A stretch of DNA of 58,918 nucleotides, filler included, from a bacterium UBP13_UBA5359 (GTDB taxonomy: Bacteria; UBP13; UBA5359), in the NCBI GenBank assembly GCA_002410925.1. It is 5 parts of 5 records of this genome, joined end to end, with 100 filler letters (N's around TTAATTAATTAA, not from the genome) between each part and the next. Parts side by side here need not be neighbours in the genome. Positions count along the whole stretch, not along the records: positions 38,906 to 45,673 come from DHPR01000024.1; positions 45,774 to 51,959 come from DHPR01000006.1; 3 more parts are not named here. One strand, given 5' to 3'. A model generated the notes under the pieces. That model was not told the DNA's origin, searched no databases, and worked only from the letters and a program-made list of their open reading frames with translations. This document shows positions 40,299-49,529 of the stretch, piece after piece. Within the stretch, counting starts at the first letter, position 1; each line of letters starts with the position of its first letter. The position numbers were made by a program, and so were the translations under genes.

Positions 40299-41046
40299 GG
40301 TCATCGCCTGGACAGCAGGAGGGAGACTTTACGGCTGGGATACCGTCGGCAAAGCACTCTGGCCTGTAAAGGCATTTAGTGGTGAGAGCATAACCAATTG
40401 TGTTCTGGCAGATGTCGACGATAATAAGAAATGGGAGATCATAGCCGGCACCGACAAGGGGCGAATATATATCTGGGATGCACTGACGCTGGAACCGGTT
40501 CCCGGCTGGGAGAAGCCGCAGGAGCTGGGGGAAGGCTCCGTCAAAATATCTCTGGCCGATATGGACCGGGACGGCAAGCCGGAGATCATAGGCAGTTTTA
40601 TCTCTATGAAGGGAGGGAAATATGCTGGAAATGGTGCAGTCCATGTCCTTAAAAGCGATGGTGCAGTTTTCTCCGGCTGGCCGAGAGAACTGCCGACGAC
40701 ATGGTCAGATGCTCCAATGGTTATAGCTGATGTGGATGGCGATAACAGGCCGGAATTATTATGCGGCACCAGAGATGGAGCAATCCACTTGTGGAACAGT
40801 CAAGGCGAATATATGGAAGGATACCCGAAGAACATAAACGGCAAGAACCCTTTGATTGCCGGCCCCGCATTGGGAGATGCGGATGGCGACGAAATTATGG
40901 ATGCTGTAGTGGCGTATGCCGGTTCATACGGCAACAAGGCCTTTCTGATAAAGTTTACAGGAGTATGCGAAAAGAAGGCTCTTCTCTGGCCGCGAGATAC
41001 CTACAATAATACCAATAACAGGTGCCTGCCCGGCAGCAGGAAATAA
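40228..41046 (+). pseudogene. FG-GAP/VCBS repeat protein, C-terminal remnant
   Basis: Repeats [50 protein letters not shown]; starts mid-repeat with no SD or signal peptide. Confidence 0.7.
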
Positions 41047-41199
41047 TAAATAATGAATTACAGCCTGGTGGCATGTTCCAATGCCGAATTCATTAGCCGG
41101 GAAGGTTGTTGGATACCGCCTTTCTGGCCGAAGAGCAGGATATAAAGAATATTGCCGCCGTCGTTCGAGAAATATAGAAATGTAAGGAGGAGTTGGACG

Positions 41200-42486
41200 A
41201 TGTTCGATATGCAAGTGGGATACGGTGAAGAGATAATCACTCCATCACTGGGTACAGAACTCACCGGATACGGTTACTACCTGGAACGTAAAGCGGAAGA
41301 AGTGGCCGATGACCTCAAAGTCAGAGCTGTTTATATTCGCCGGGAGAGGGAGGTTGTTATCCTCATAAGTTGTGATCTGTTGAGCCTTAGTCTGGAGTTT
41401 GCCGACAATATGAGACGGGAGCTCTCCATCCGGCATAATTTGCCGATATGCAATATTCTCCTGGCCTGCACTCATACCCATGCTGGACCGGCTGCACACG
41501 ATTTGCCCGGTCTGGGAGAGGTGGATCAGGCATACCCGGCAAGAGTCGGTCAGGCCATAATTAAAGCATCTGAGACTGCCCAAAAGGATTGCCGTCCGGC
41601 GGAGATGTCATATAGCAGCGAGACGGTAACTCCTATCGGCTACAACCGTAAGAACGGAAGCTTTGCACCCATAGATCCGGTATTGAAGACGGTTATCTTT
41701 ACCAGGCGGGGAGGGAAAACGATATACCTTTTAAGCTATGCCTGCCATCCGGTAGTATTGAGACAGGCCAATATAGTCTCGGCTGATTGGCCCGGTGCAC
41801 TGATAGCCAGAATAGAGCGGGATGGGCAGCGGGGCATGTTTCTGCAGGGCTTCTGTGGCGATGTCAATCCGGTCAGCAGGAAGAGAGGCTTAAGAGGTAC
41901 AACAGCAGATTCACAGCTTTACGGGGATATACTCTATCGTTATATAGAAGCCGCTCAGAGCAGGGCTATTGCCGTAGCTGCATCGGAAATGCTGGCTGTT
42001 GAGAACAGAATCCGGCTGCCGCTGGCTATTCCGCCTTACGAAGAGATAATGAAACAGAAAGAGAATTTACCGGAGTACTTGAAGAAAGTTCCCTTGTATG
42101 ACAGATTTATCGATAACTGGATAGAAAGAGTAAAAGAGAGATATGAGGAGATAAGGCGAGAGCCATTCCTATCTAATGTTCCTGTTCAATTGATTATCCT
42201 GGGCGAGGTAAGGATACTGGGGCTGCCGGGAGAAGTCTTTTCCGCCTACAGCCTAAAGCTGGCGGAGAGGCTGCGGCTGCCATTGATGACAGTCGGCTAT
42301 TCAGGCGGAAATATAGGATATCTGCCCACTGCCGATGCTTATGATAATGCCACCGACTATGCCTGCTACCAGGCGCCGAAATTTTATGGTCTCTTTCCTT
42401 TTGATCGAGAGCTTGAGACCGTATTGCTTGAAGAGTGTGATAGAATATTTGCTTGTCTTGGCGGAGAACAGAATGAGCAGAGCTAA
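41200..42486 (+). CDS. neutral/alkaline ceramidase-like amidohydrolase
   Basis: ITP..G..L.GY, CTHTHAGP, YACHP, SADWPG, QGFCGDVNP, PGEVF, GYLPT; SD AAGGAGG. Confidence 0.8.
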   Translation: MFDMQVGYGEEIITPSLGTELTGYGYYLERKAEEVADDLKVRAVYIRREREVVILISCDLLSLSLEFADNMRRELSIRHNLPICNILLACTHTHAGPAAHDLPGLGEVDQAYPARVGQAIIKASETAQKDCRPAEMSYSSETVTPIGYNRKNGSFAPIDPVLKTVIFTRRGGKTIYLLSYACHPVVLRQANIVSADWPGALIARIERDGQRGMFLQGFCGDVNPVSRKRGLRGTTADSQLYGDILYRYIEAAQSRAIAVAASEMLAVENRIRLPLAIPPYEEIMKQKENLPEYLKKVPLYDRFIDNWIERVKERYEEIRREPFLSNVPVQLIILGEVRILGLPGEVFSAYSLKLAERLRLPLMTVGYSGGNIGYLPTADAYDNATDYACYQAPKFYGLFPFDRELETVLLEECDRIFACLGGEQNEQS

Positions 42487-44644
42487 GAGATGGTGGGAAC
42501 GCCCGGTACGTATGCTGCGGATGGATTACGCCCCGGATTTTTCCGTCATCAGGAATGAAGATCTGGAAGAAGTGGCCAGGAACCGCAAGGAAGATTGGTG
42601 TATCAATTGTGAATGGATAGTGGGTACACCCGGTTTCAGTAATATGACTCATCAAACCACGTTTGATGCGGATGGTTACGAGAAATATCCGGGATTGGAA
42701 AACTTCGATTATCTGAGAAGCTATGCACCCATAGCTCATAAGCATGGGATAAAGGTCATTGCCTACCTAAACATGCACTGGTTCTCTTACGAGTTTGCCG
42801 CTGATCATCCTGATTGGGAACAGATTACCTCCAGCGGGGAGCGCTATGGCATTGCCAGACCACTTTACGGCAATGGTACTACTTTTTGCGTCAACAGCGG
42901 CTGGCGAGAGTGGGCCTTCTCCCTGATGGCCGAAGCTATGAAGACCGGCATCGACGGAATCTTCCTGGATGGTCCCGTTGTCTTCCATGACTGCTGTTAC
43001 TGTCCAACTTGCCAGATGGAGTTCATCGCTACTTACGGCAGAGTGCTACCGCGTGAGAACTGGCATGATCCCCTCTGGAAGGGATTCCTCTGCTTTAGGG
43101 AGAACTCTCTGGCCAGGTTCCTGGCCGATGCCCGGCAAACGGTGAGAAAAATCAATCCCGAGGGAGTAATATTTCTCAACGGTGGTGGCTGGGAACCGTC
43201 AGGCTGGAGAGTGGCCCGTGATATCCAGCAACTGGGTCCATTTCAAAATTTCAATGGGGCAGAGGCCTTCTTCTCTTATGGGATAACTCCCAATCCATAT
43301 GCCTGTATGATGACGGGTAAGTATCTGAGGGCAGGAGATAAGCCTGCCGTAGTATTTGTGCACTATATGAACGATACCTGGCACTATCTGAATCTGCCGC
43401 GAGAGGAGATCGGACTGTCTCTGGCCCAGATAGCCTCATGCGGTGCCAATCCCTGGCTGGCTTTAATTCGCTCCTCTCTGGATTCTCAGCCTAGCAGCCA
43501 TGAGCCGGCCAAGAGCATGTGCGGATTTTTAGAGCAAAGAAAGGACTACTTCATGGATTGTGAAAGCATGGCCGAAGTAGGTCTTCTCTTCTCTGCTTAT
43601 ACCAACCGTAATTATCTTTCACGTTATGAAGCCGTATACGAAACGACAGCTTTCTCCAAGGAGGAGAACCTTGGGGTAGATTATAAGGTTAAAAGGAACG
43701 AAGCCTGGACACAAAGGAAGAAAGAGTGTGAGAAGATGCTTCAGCATTCATATACCGGTTATTTCCAGGCATTGACCAGAGCGCATATACTATTTGATAT
43801 CCTTTTGGATAAAGATCTGAATAAAAAGAATCTGGTTAGATATAAGACGATCATACTATCTGATGCCGCCTGCCTGGATGACGAAGCTGTCGAGGCACTT
43901 AAGCATTTCGTCAGTGAAGGCGGCAATATGGTGTGTTCGTTTGAGGCAGGCTTTTACGATGCCGAGGGCGATCCTTTATTCGAGTTTTTTGAAGTTCTGG
44001 GAATAAAACAGGTGGAAGGGCTTTTCCCGGCATTTAAAGGCGAAAACTACCAGAAGGTGATCAGCGATTGCCTTGGTTTTAAAGAAGGCGTTTTGGTAGA
44101 GCGTGCTATATATGCATTAAAGGTGATAGCTGCTGAGGGAGCGGTAATGCCGATGCTCTTTATGAATCATGTCAAAGGGTCGTATGTTCCCCTGGAAGGA
44201 GTTTCAACCTACCCGTCTTTGATTATTAATAGCTACGGCAAGGGCAAGGTGCTCTATTTCCCTGAGGCGCTGGGCTATTTCTACGGCAGCAAGGGAATGC
44301 CAAGTGCCGAAGACAGGATTGCCCGCAGTGTACAATATCTTGTCGGAACTCCCCTGCTGGAGATCGATGCCCCTAGAACGGTCAGCGCGGAGGTATACCG
44401 GCAGAAGAAGAATAAAAGAGATAGGGTTATAATTCATCTTGTCAACAACACTACGGGCTCTTACCCGGCCAGAGAATGCTTGCCGGTAATTAATATTGAT
44501 TTGCGTCTGAATGTTGGCCGTAAGCCCCGGGCGGTAACTCCTTTACGTGAGCTGAAGAGTATCGATTATCAAGCAAACGGAAATGGGTTGGAAATGCACA
44601 TCCCCGTTCTCAATCTTTATGAAGTGATAAGTATCGATTTTTAG
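42473..44644 (+). CDS. putative glycoside hydrolase (GHL6/GH42-like TIM barrel plus beta-galactosidase trimerization-like domain)
   Basis: WWERPVRM, HPDWEQ, CVNS.WRE, IDGIFLDG, CYCPTC, YKTIILSD, YGKGKV.Y, IHLVN. Confidence 0.7.
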   Translation: MSRAKRWWERPVRMLRMDYAPDFSVIRNEDLEEVARNRKEDWCINCEWIVGTPGFSNMTHQTTFDADGYEKYPGLENFDYLRSYAPIAHKHGIKVIAYLNMHWFSYEFAADHPDWEQITSSGERYGIARPLYGNGTTFCVNSGWREWAFSLMAEAMKTGIDGIFLDGPVVFHDCCYCPTCQMEFIATYGRVLPRENWHDPLWKGFLCFRENSLARFLADARQTVRKINPEGVIFLNGGGWEPSGWRVARDIQQLGPFQNFNGAEAFFSYGITPNPYACMMTGKYLRAGDKPAVVFVHYMNDTWHYLNLPREEIGLSLAQIASCGANPWLALIRSSLDSQPSSHEPAKSMCGFLEQRKDYFMDCESMAEVGLLFSAYTNRNYLSRYEAVYETTAFSKEENLGVDYKVKRNEAWTQRKKECEKMLQHSYTGYFQALTRAHILFDILLDKDLNKKNLVRYKTIILSDAACLDDEAVEALKHFVSEGGNMVCSFEAGFYDAEGDPLFEFFEVLGIKQVEGLFPAFKGENYQKVISDCLGFKEGVLVERAIYALKVIAAEGAVMPMLFMNHVKGSYVPLEGVSTYPSLIINSYGKGKVLYFPEALGYFYGSKGMPSAEDRIARSVQYLVGTPLLEIDAPRTVSAEVYRQKKNKRDRVIIHLVNNTTGSYPARECLPVINIDLRLNVGRKPRAVTPLRELKSIDYQANGNGLEMHIPVLNLYEVISIDF

Positions 44645-44650
44645 AGGTGG

Positions 44651-45457
44651 ATGATCATGAAGATGTACATTATTACCGATATGGAAGGTGCAGCGGGCAT
44701 TGCTGTGTGGGGTTCACAGCCCGGGATACCTTACGAGGTGAAGAAGGCAGAGTGGATGACGGCTGAAGTACAGGCCGCCGTCACGGGTATGAAAGAGTGC
44801 GGAGCCGATGAAATAATCGTGGCTGAGAGCCACCGCCTTATTCTGGACCAACTGGACCAAGCTGTGAAAGTGGTTCTGACTGGTGGGACTATGGTTAACT
44901 ATCTGCCGGGCCTGGATGCCAGCGTAGATGGAGTTTTCATCATAGGCCAGCATGCCATGGCAGGCACAGGCAACGGGGTTCTTAATCATACTGGCAACAG
45001 CGCTATCAGGAGGGTGATGATCAACGGTATTACCCTAGGAGAGCTTGGATTTGAGATGGCTTATGCCGGCAGTTTGGATGTACCAGTGCTTTTTGTTTCC
45101 GGTGATAACGCAACTGTGAATGAAGCCCAAGCGCTGGTGAAAAACATGGAAACGGTTGCCGTCAAAGAGGGTATAAATAAGTATCAGACTATCAGCCTTC
45201 ATCCTGCACAGGCGTGCGAGTATATTCGCCAGGGAGCTGCAAAAGCGGTTAAACGTATCCAGGAAATAAAGCCGTTTGTTATCGAACCTCCATATACCTA
45301 CGAGGTGGAGTTTACCACCACTCATACCGTATCGAAAATGTGCCTGATACCCGGCGTAACCAAGGTAAACGATACCACCGTTTCCTTTACCAGCGATAAC
45401 TTCCAGGAAATAGCCAATATCTATATCTTGCAGGGGCATCTTTATGATGCGGAATAA
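44651..45457 (+). CDS. M55-family D-aminopeptidase (DppA-like)
   Basis: YIITDMEG, ESH, GQHAMAG, LNHT, GE, VSGD, VAVKEG. Confidence 0.88.
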   Translation: MIMKMYIITDMEGAAGIAVWGSQPGIPYEVKKAEWMTAEVQAAVTGMKECGADEIIVAESHRLILDQLDQAVKVVLTGGTMVNYLPGLDASVDGVFIIGQHAMAGTGNGVLNHTGNSAIRRVMINGITLGELGFEMAYAGSLDVPVLFVSGDNATVNEAQALVKNMETVAVKEGINKYQTISLHPAQACEYIRQGAAKAVKRIQEIKPFVIEPPYTYEVEFTTTHTVSKMCLIPGVTKVNDTTVSFTSDNFQEIANIYILQGHLYDAE

Positions 45458-45637
45458 AGAACGATGGATACCATACATTATGAAGCAATTATAGACATAC
45501 GAGCAATGTCAGAGCGCTGTTGAGACTCTCAAATTACCAGAGTTGGGCAAGATGCGGCACAGAAGGGAACAATAACTATCTGGCTTAGTCAGTTAAGATA
45601 AAAAGGTTGACAAAAATAAACCAGGAGGAATAACAGA

Positions 45638-45673
45638 TGAGTGTGGAAAAGAGATTAAGCCAAGGGATACGAG
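45638..45673 (+). CDS. 5' end of an unidentified gene (partial)
   Basis: AGGAGG SD, then ATG open to the contig end. Confidence 0.4.
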
Positions 45674-45773
45674 NNNNNNNNNNNNNNNNNNNNNNNNNNN
45701 NNNNNNNNNNNNNNNNNTTAATTAATTAANNNNNNNNNNNNNNNNNNNNNNNNNNNNNNNNNNNNNNNNNNNN
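45674..45773. other. artificial contig linker
   Basis: N-run with TTAATTAATTAA at 45718-45729. Confidence 0.98.
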
Positions 45774-46400
45774 AATATTCCATTTGTTCTGCTTTATGCT
45801 CATGAGCAAACTTACGGTCGGCCTTACCCTGCAGTTGTTATCGATGAAGAAGACGCAATATTTCAAGAAACTGAATATCTTTTAAAATTGGGACACAGGA
45901 GAATCGCCTTGTTTACAGGAATTTTGAACGGTTATCTCAGAGGTGAAGGAAATAGAAACCGCTTGAAGGGATATCAGCATGCATTAGAAAAATATGATGT
46001 AGAATTTGATAATGCTCTAGTCAAAGAGAGCGATTATGATCAAGATAAGACGATTTTGATGATGGAGCAGCTTATATCATCTGTAAACCCACCTACGGCT
46101 CTTATTGCCTGCGACGATATAGGGGCAGGGTTTATTATCAATACCTTGAGAGAGAATGGTTTAGATGTTCCTGGTGATATGGCTGTAGCCGGTGTGGGTG
46201 ATCTTCAAATCAATTCTCTCGTTCATCCTCCACTCACTACGGTCAAGTATCCTATAGTCGAGATGGGAGAGAAGGCTATCATGCTATTGGCCAAGATGGT
46301 TAAAAGGGAGAGTGTTCAATCGCCAGTTTATCTCAAAGGAAGCTTATTGGTGCGTCAATCCTGCGGTTGGCATCTACGTGGAACTGCCAAAGTGATATAA
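45774..46400 (+). CDS. LacI-type sugar-binding regulator, C-terminal fragment
   Basis: IPFVL, LGHRRIA, R..GY..AL, PTALIACDD, VPGDMAV.G, PPLTTV, L.VRQSC. Confidence 0.88.
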   Translation, partial: NIPFVLLYAHEQTYGRPYPAVVIDEEDAIFQETEYLLKLGHRRIALFTGILNGYLRGEGNRNRLKGYQHALEKYDVEFDNALVKESDYDQDKTILMMEQLISSVNPPTALIACDDIGAGFIINTLRENGLDVPGDMAVAGVGDLQINSLVHPPLTTVKYPIVEMGEKAIMLLAKMVKRESVQSPVYLKGSLLVRQSCGWHLRGTAKVI

Positions 46401-46460
46401 TATCGTATGCGAATGAAAGCTGTATCGATGTATTGCCGGGAAAGCGATGAATAAAAAGAA

Positions 46461-47210
46461 ATGCTGATAATGAAAAATTTTGATAGTCATGTACATACGC
46501 CTTACTCTGCTTGCTGTGAGGATATTACATTAGAGAAGTTGAGAAGGAAAGCTGATAGGAAAAACATAACCTATGCTATAACGGATCACAGCACGCATAT
46601 GTATTTCCCCAGAGATCTTGCTTGGAGCATTACCAGGGAAGATTTTAAAGAGCTTTTGGAAAGGTACCATGAAGAGGGCCGGCGGCGCATAGAAAAATAT
46701 ATAAAAGAAATCCGAAAAAGTGGAGCTCTTGTAGGTATAGAGTTGGATATTTATTCTGATGAAACACTGATCTTCGAAGATGAATTCTGGAAAGAACTTG
46801 ATCTTGTTATCGGTGCTGTTCATTTTTTATCATCTATACAAAAAAAGCGACCGCGAATTGAAATAATCAATGAATTTAAGAGGCTTACCTTGGCATTGTT
46901 TTCCAGCGGCAGGATTGACGTGCTTGCCCATCCATTCAGATGTCTCATGCATTGGAATGAAAAAGTGGTAGATACTGCATTGATAGAATGGTTGGTAGAT
47001 AATGCTGAATATTTTAATGTTGCTCTGGAGATAAATTCGCATTACCCATTTATGGAAGCGGATATCTTTATGTCAAAATTGGCTTTGAGCAAGGGAGTAT
47101 GCTTATTTAAGGCATCGGATGCACACCGAATGAGTGAATTCGGAGAGTTCTCATATCATGAAACGGTAATACAAAAAGCCAGGGAAATTATAGCGGGGGA
47201 TCAGGAGTAG
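46461..47210 (+). CDS. PHP-domain phosphoesterase
   Basis: HVHT, ITDH, GIELD, GAVH, LAHP, LEIN, SDAH. Confidence 0.88.
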   Translation: MLIMKNFDSHVHTPYSACCEDITLEKLRRKADRKNITYAITDHSTHMYFPRDLAWSITREDFKELLERYHEEGRRRIEKYIKEIRKSGALVGIELDIYSDETLIFEDEFWKELDLVIGAVHFLSSIQKKRPRIEIINEFKRLTLALFSSGRIDVLAHPFRCLMHWNEKVVDTALIEWLVDNAEYFNVALEINSHYPFMEADIFMSKLALSKGVCLFKASDAHRMSEFGEFSYHETVIQKAREIIAGDQE

Positions 47211-47275
47211 CGTTTTCGGCCTTGCATTCAAGGTGAACGCTATAGGTGGAAGTGACCGATACTTGAGGTGGATAA

Positions 47276-48169
47276 ATGAGGTTCGGCATAGTTACGGATT
47301 GTTACGGCATAGGATTGCCTTTGGAGCAGGCACTGACGCGTCTTTCCCGGATCGGCTTCAGGGATGTTGAAATTGTCGGAGGACATCTTGCTGAGGATAT
47401 TACCGCACCACCGTCGGTGTACGAAGCAAAGGCCAGAATACGGTATTTGAAAAAACTGATTTCGAACTTGGGTATAGCGGTTTGCCAATTGCACGGTCCG
47501 TATGGTGTTTGTGACTTAGTGGCCGAAACTGAGACGCAAAGGAAAAGGAATATTGATATCTACAAAAGATGGATAGATTGGAGTTTAGCTTTGGAGGCAG
47601 GTGCTTTGATCATCCATATAGGAGGGCGAAACGATCTATGTCCGGTAAAAGATATTGAATTTATCATATGTAGGAATGTGGATTCTCTTTGTCGGCTTGC
47701 AGAGCATGTGGAAGGGACAGTGCTAAAGTTAGCTATTGAGAATCTTCCAAGCCGGTGTGCAGACAATCCGAATACTTTCAATTTATATGGTAATACAGTT
47801 TCTGAGCTAAAAGAGATAGTAAGTGCTGTTGGATCAGATAACTTGGGCATTTGCTTGGATGTCGGCCATGCTAATATAGAAGGCTTGGATGTGCCTTCAG
47901 CCGTTATAGATGCTGACAATAGCCTTGTGGCAACGCATATACAAGAAAATAACGGTGTCTATGATATGCATATGCTTCCTTTTAGTTTACGGCGGTTATA
48001 TAGCAAGATGGATTGGTTTGCTATATTTAAAGCTTTTAAAAAAATTGAATATCCATATCCGTTGATAGGCGAGTGCGCCAATACATCAGGTGAATTGCCC
48101 TTTGAAATTGTAGATATTTATCTTAAGCATCAAAAAGAGCTCTTGGATACAGTAATGAAGCATCTATAG
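47276..48169 (+). CDS. sugar phosphate isomerase/epimerase (TIM barrel)
   Basis: GF.DVEI, QLHGP, AIENL, CLDVGHA, THIQEN.G..D.H.LP. Confidence 0.85.
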   Translation: MRFGIVTDCYGIGLPLEQALTRLSRIGFRDVEIVGGHLAEDITAPPSVYEAKARIRYLKKLISNLGIAVCQLHGPYGVCDLVAETETQRKRNIDIYKRWIDWSLALEAGALIIHIGGRNDLCPVKDIEFIICRNVDSLCRLAEHVEGTVLKLAIENLPSRCADNPNTFNLYGNTVSELKEIVSAVGSDNLGICLDVGHANIEGLDVPSAVIDADNSLVATHIQENNGVYDMHMLPFSLRRLYSKMDWFAIFKAFKKIEYPYPLIGECANTSGELPFEIVDIYLKHQKELLDTVMKHL

Positions 48170-48244
48170 AAAACTGAACATTTGAGATGCCGTAATTTTA
48201 ACGGCTAATATTATTATGAATTATCTTATATTTGATAATGTTAC

Positions 48245-48264
48245 AGATTAAATCGATTTAATCT
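48245..48264. promoter_or_regulatory. perfect 20-bp palindrome, LacI-family-like operator
   Basis: AGATTAAATCGATTTAATCT with a central CG; abuts the -35. Confidence 0.55.
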
Positions 48265-48292
48265 TGCATCCCTGTAGATTTCCCTTTATAAT
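48264..48292 (+). promoter_or_regulatory. sigma70/sigmaA promoter of the fur-ccdA-feoB operon
   Basis: TTGCAT-17bp-TATAAT. Confidence 0.75.
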
Positions 48293-48318
48293 CCAATTGA
48301 GACTTGATCTCAATTGGA
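48292..48318. promoter_or_regulatory. Fur-box-like operator over the transcription start
   Basis: TCCAATTGAGA-cttga-TCTCAATTGGA, perfect 11-bp arms. Confidence 0.7.
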
Positions 48319-48319
48319 C

Positions 48320-48364
48320 TGCTCGGGCGATATATTGGCTAGGTTGCTCGGGTGATATATTAGC
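48320..48364 (+). repeat. 20-bp direct repeat (two copies, 2 mismatches)
   Basis: TGCTCGGGCGATATATTGGC 48320-48339 and TGCTCGGGTGATATATTAGC 48345-48364. Confidence 0.7.
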
Positions 48365-48373
48365 GAGGGCATC

Positions 48374-48826
48374 ATGCCTAACTTACCGAAAAAATTCAAT
48401 GACTGTCTCAGGGAAAAGGGGTTGCGCCTGACCACTCAACGGGCCGTTATTGCTCGTTTGGCGTTGAGCCGGGCGAGCCATTTTACTGCTGACGATCTCC
48501 TGCTCTGGGCCCGGGAAAAGGATAAGGGCATATCCAGGGCTACGGTTTACCGCACGCTTTCACTGCTGACCGATCTGGAACTGCTGGAGGGCCTGGATTT
48601 TGGGGATGGTCATCTCTGCTACGAACCTGCCGAAGGGCGCAACCACCATGATCACCTTGTCTGTCGGCAATGTGGCAGTATAACGGAATTCCATTGCGAG
48701 GCGATAGAGGAACTGCAGTGCGAGGTGGCGAATAAGCTTGATTTCAAGGTAGAACACCACTCTCTGAAAATATACGGGATATGCAAAGATTGCAGCAGGA
48801 GGACTGAAGATGATGAACGGCGATAA
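48374..48826 (+). CDS. fur: Fur-family transcriptional regulator
   Basis: GLRLT.QR, HFTADDL, SRATVYRTL, HHDHLVCRQCG, GICKDC. Confidence 0.9.
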   Translation: MPNLPKKFNDCLREKGLRLTTQRAVIARLALSRASHFTADDLLLWAREKDKGISRATVYRTLSLLTDLELLEGLDFGDGHLCYEPAEGRNHHDHLVCRQCGSITEFHCEAIEELQCEVANKLDFKVEHHSLKIYGICKDCSRRTEDDERR

Positions 48827-49529
48827 TCTGACTCTGATGTTGGCGTTTGTAGGCGGGGTAATGTCTTTTCTCTCTCCATGTGTTCTGCCCCTCATACCTG
48901 GCTATCTCTCCTTTGTAACCGGGCTCTCTACGGCTGAATTGGAGCAAGGGGGAGGCACGGCCTGGCGGGCGGCACTGCTGCCGTCAATCCTCTTTGTGCT
49001 GGGATTTTCAGCCGTATTTGTCGCTCTGGGCGTCTCCGTTTCCGCCATCGGCAAGTGGCTTCTGGATAATCAGCCGCTGCTGACCAGAGCCGGCGGCATA
49101 CTGGTAATCCTGCTGGGTTTCTTTGTCATCGGCTGGTTGCATCTGGCTCCGCTCTACCGGGAGAGGCGATTCCATCTGAACAGAATGCCCCTGGGCGTCT
49201 GGGGAGCACCATTGGCGGGAGCTGCCTTTGCCTTTGGTTGGACACCTTGTGTAGGTCCCATCCTTTCCGCCATTTTGCTTAAGGCCGGTACGGTGGAAAC
49301 GGCCGGGCAGGGGATGTTGATGCTGGCGGCTTATTCACTGGGACTGGGAATACCGTTTGTAGCGTCAGCTCTTCTCTTTTCGGTTTTTATGGGCTTTTCC
49401 GGCTGGATAAAGAAACGATATGTCCTGGTGACTTATATCAGCGGCAGCTTGTTGATCTTGATGGGCCTATTGATGCTGGCGGATAAAATGACCCGCTTTT
49501 CCGGGTTTATACAGGGATTATGGGGCTAA
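48810..49529 (+). CDS. ccdA: CcdA/DsbD-family transmembrane thiol-disulfide electron transporter
   Basis: SFLSPCVLPLIPGY, FAFGWTPCVGPIL, YSLGLGIPF. Confidence 0.92.
   Translation: MMNGDNLTLMLAFVGGVMSFLSPCVLPLIPGYLSFVTGLSTAELEQGGGTAWRAALLPSILFVLGFSAVFVALGVSVSAIGKWLLDNQPLLTRAGGILVILLGFFVIGWLHLAPLYRERRFHLNRMPLGVWGAPLAGAAFAFGWTPCVGPILSAILLKAGTVETAGQGMLMLAAYSLGLGIPFVASALLFSVFMGFSGWIKKRYVLVTYISGSLLILMGLLMLADKMTRFSGFIQGLWG

Noticed and set aside
48320-48364. Direct repeat considered as a mini-CRISPR
   Set aside because: Only two 20-bp copies with a 5-nt spacer, and no cas genes
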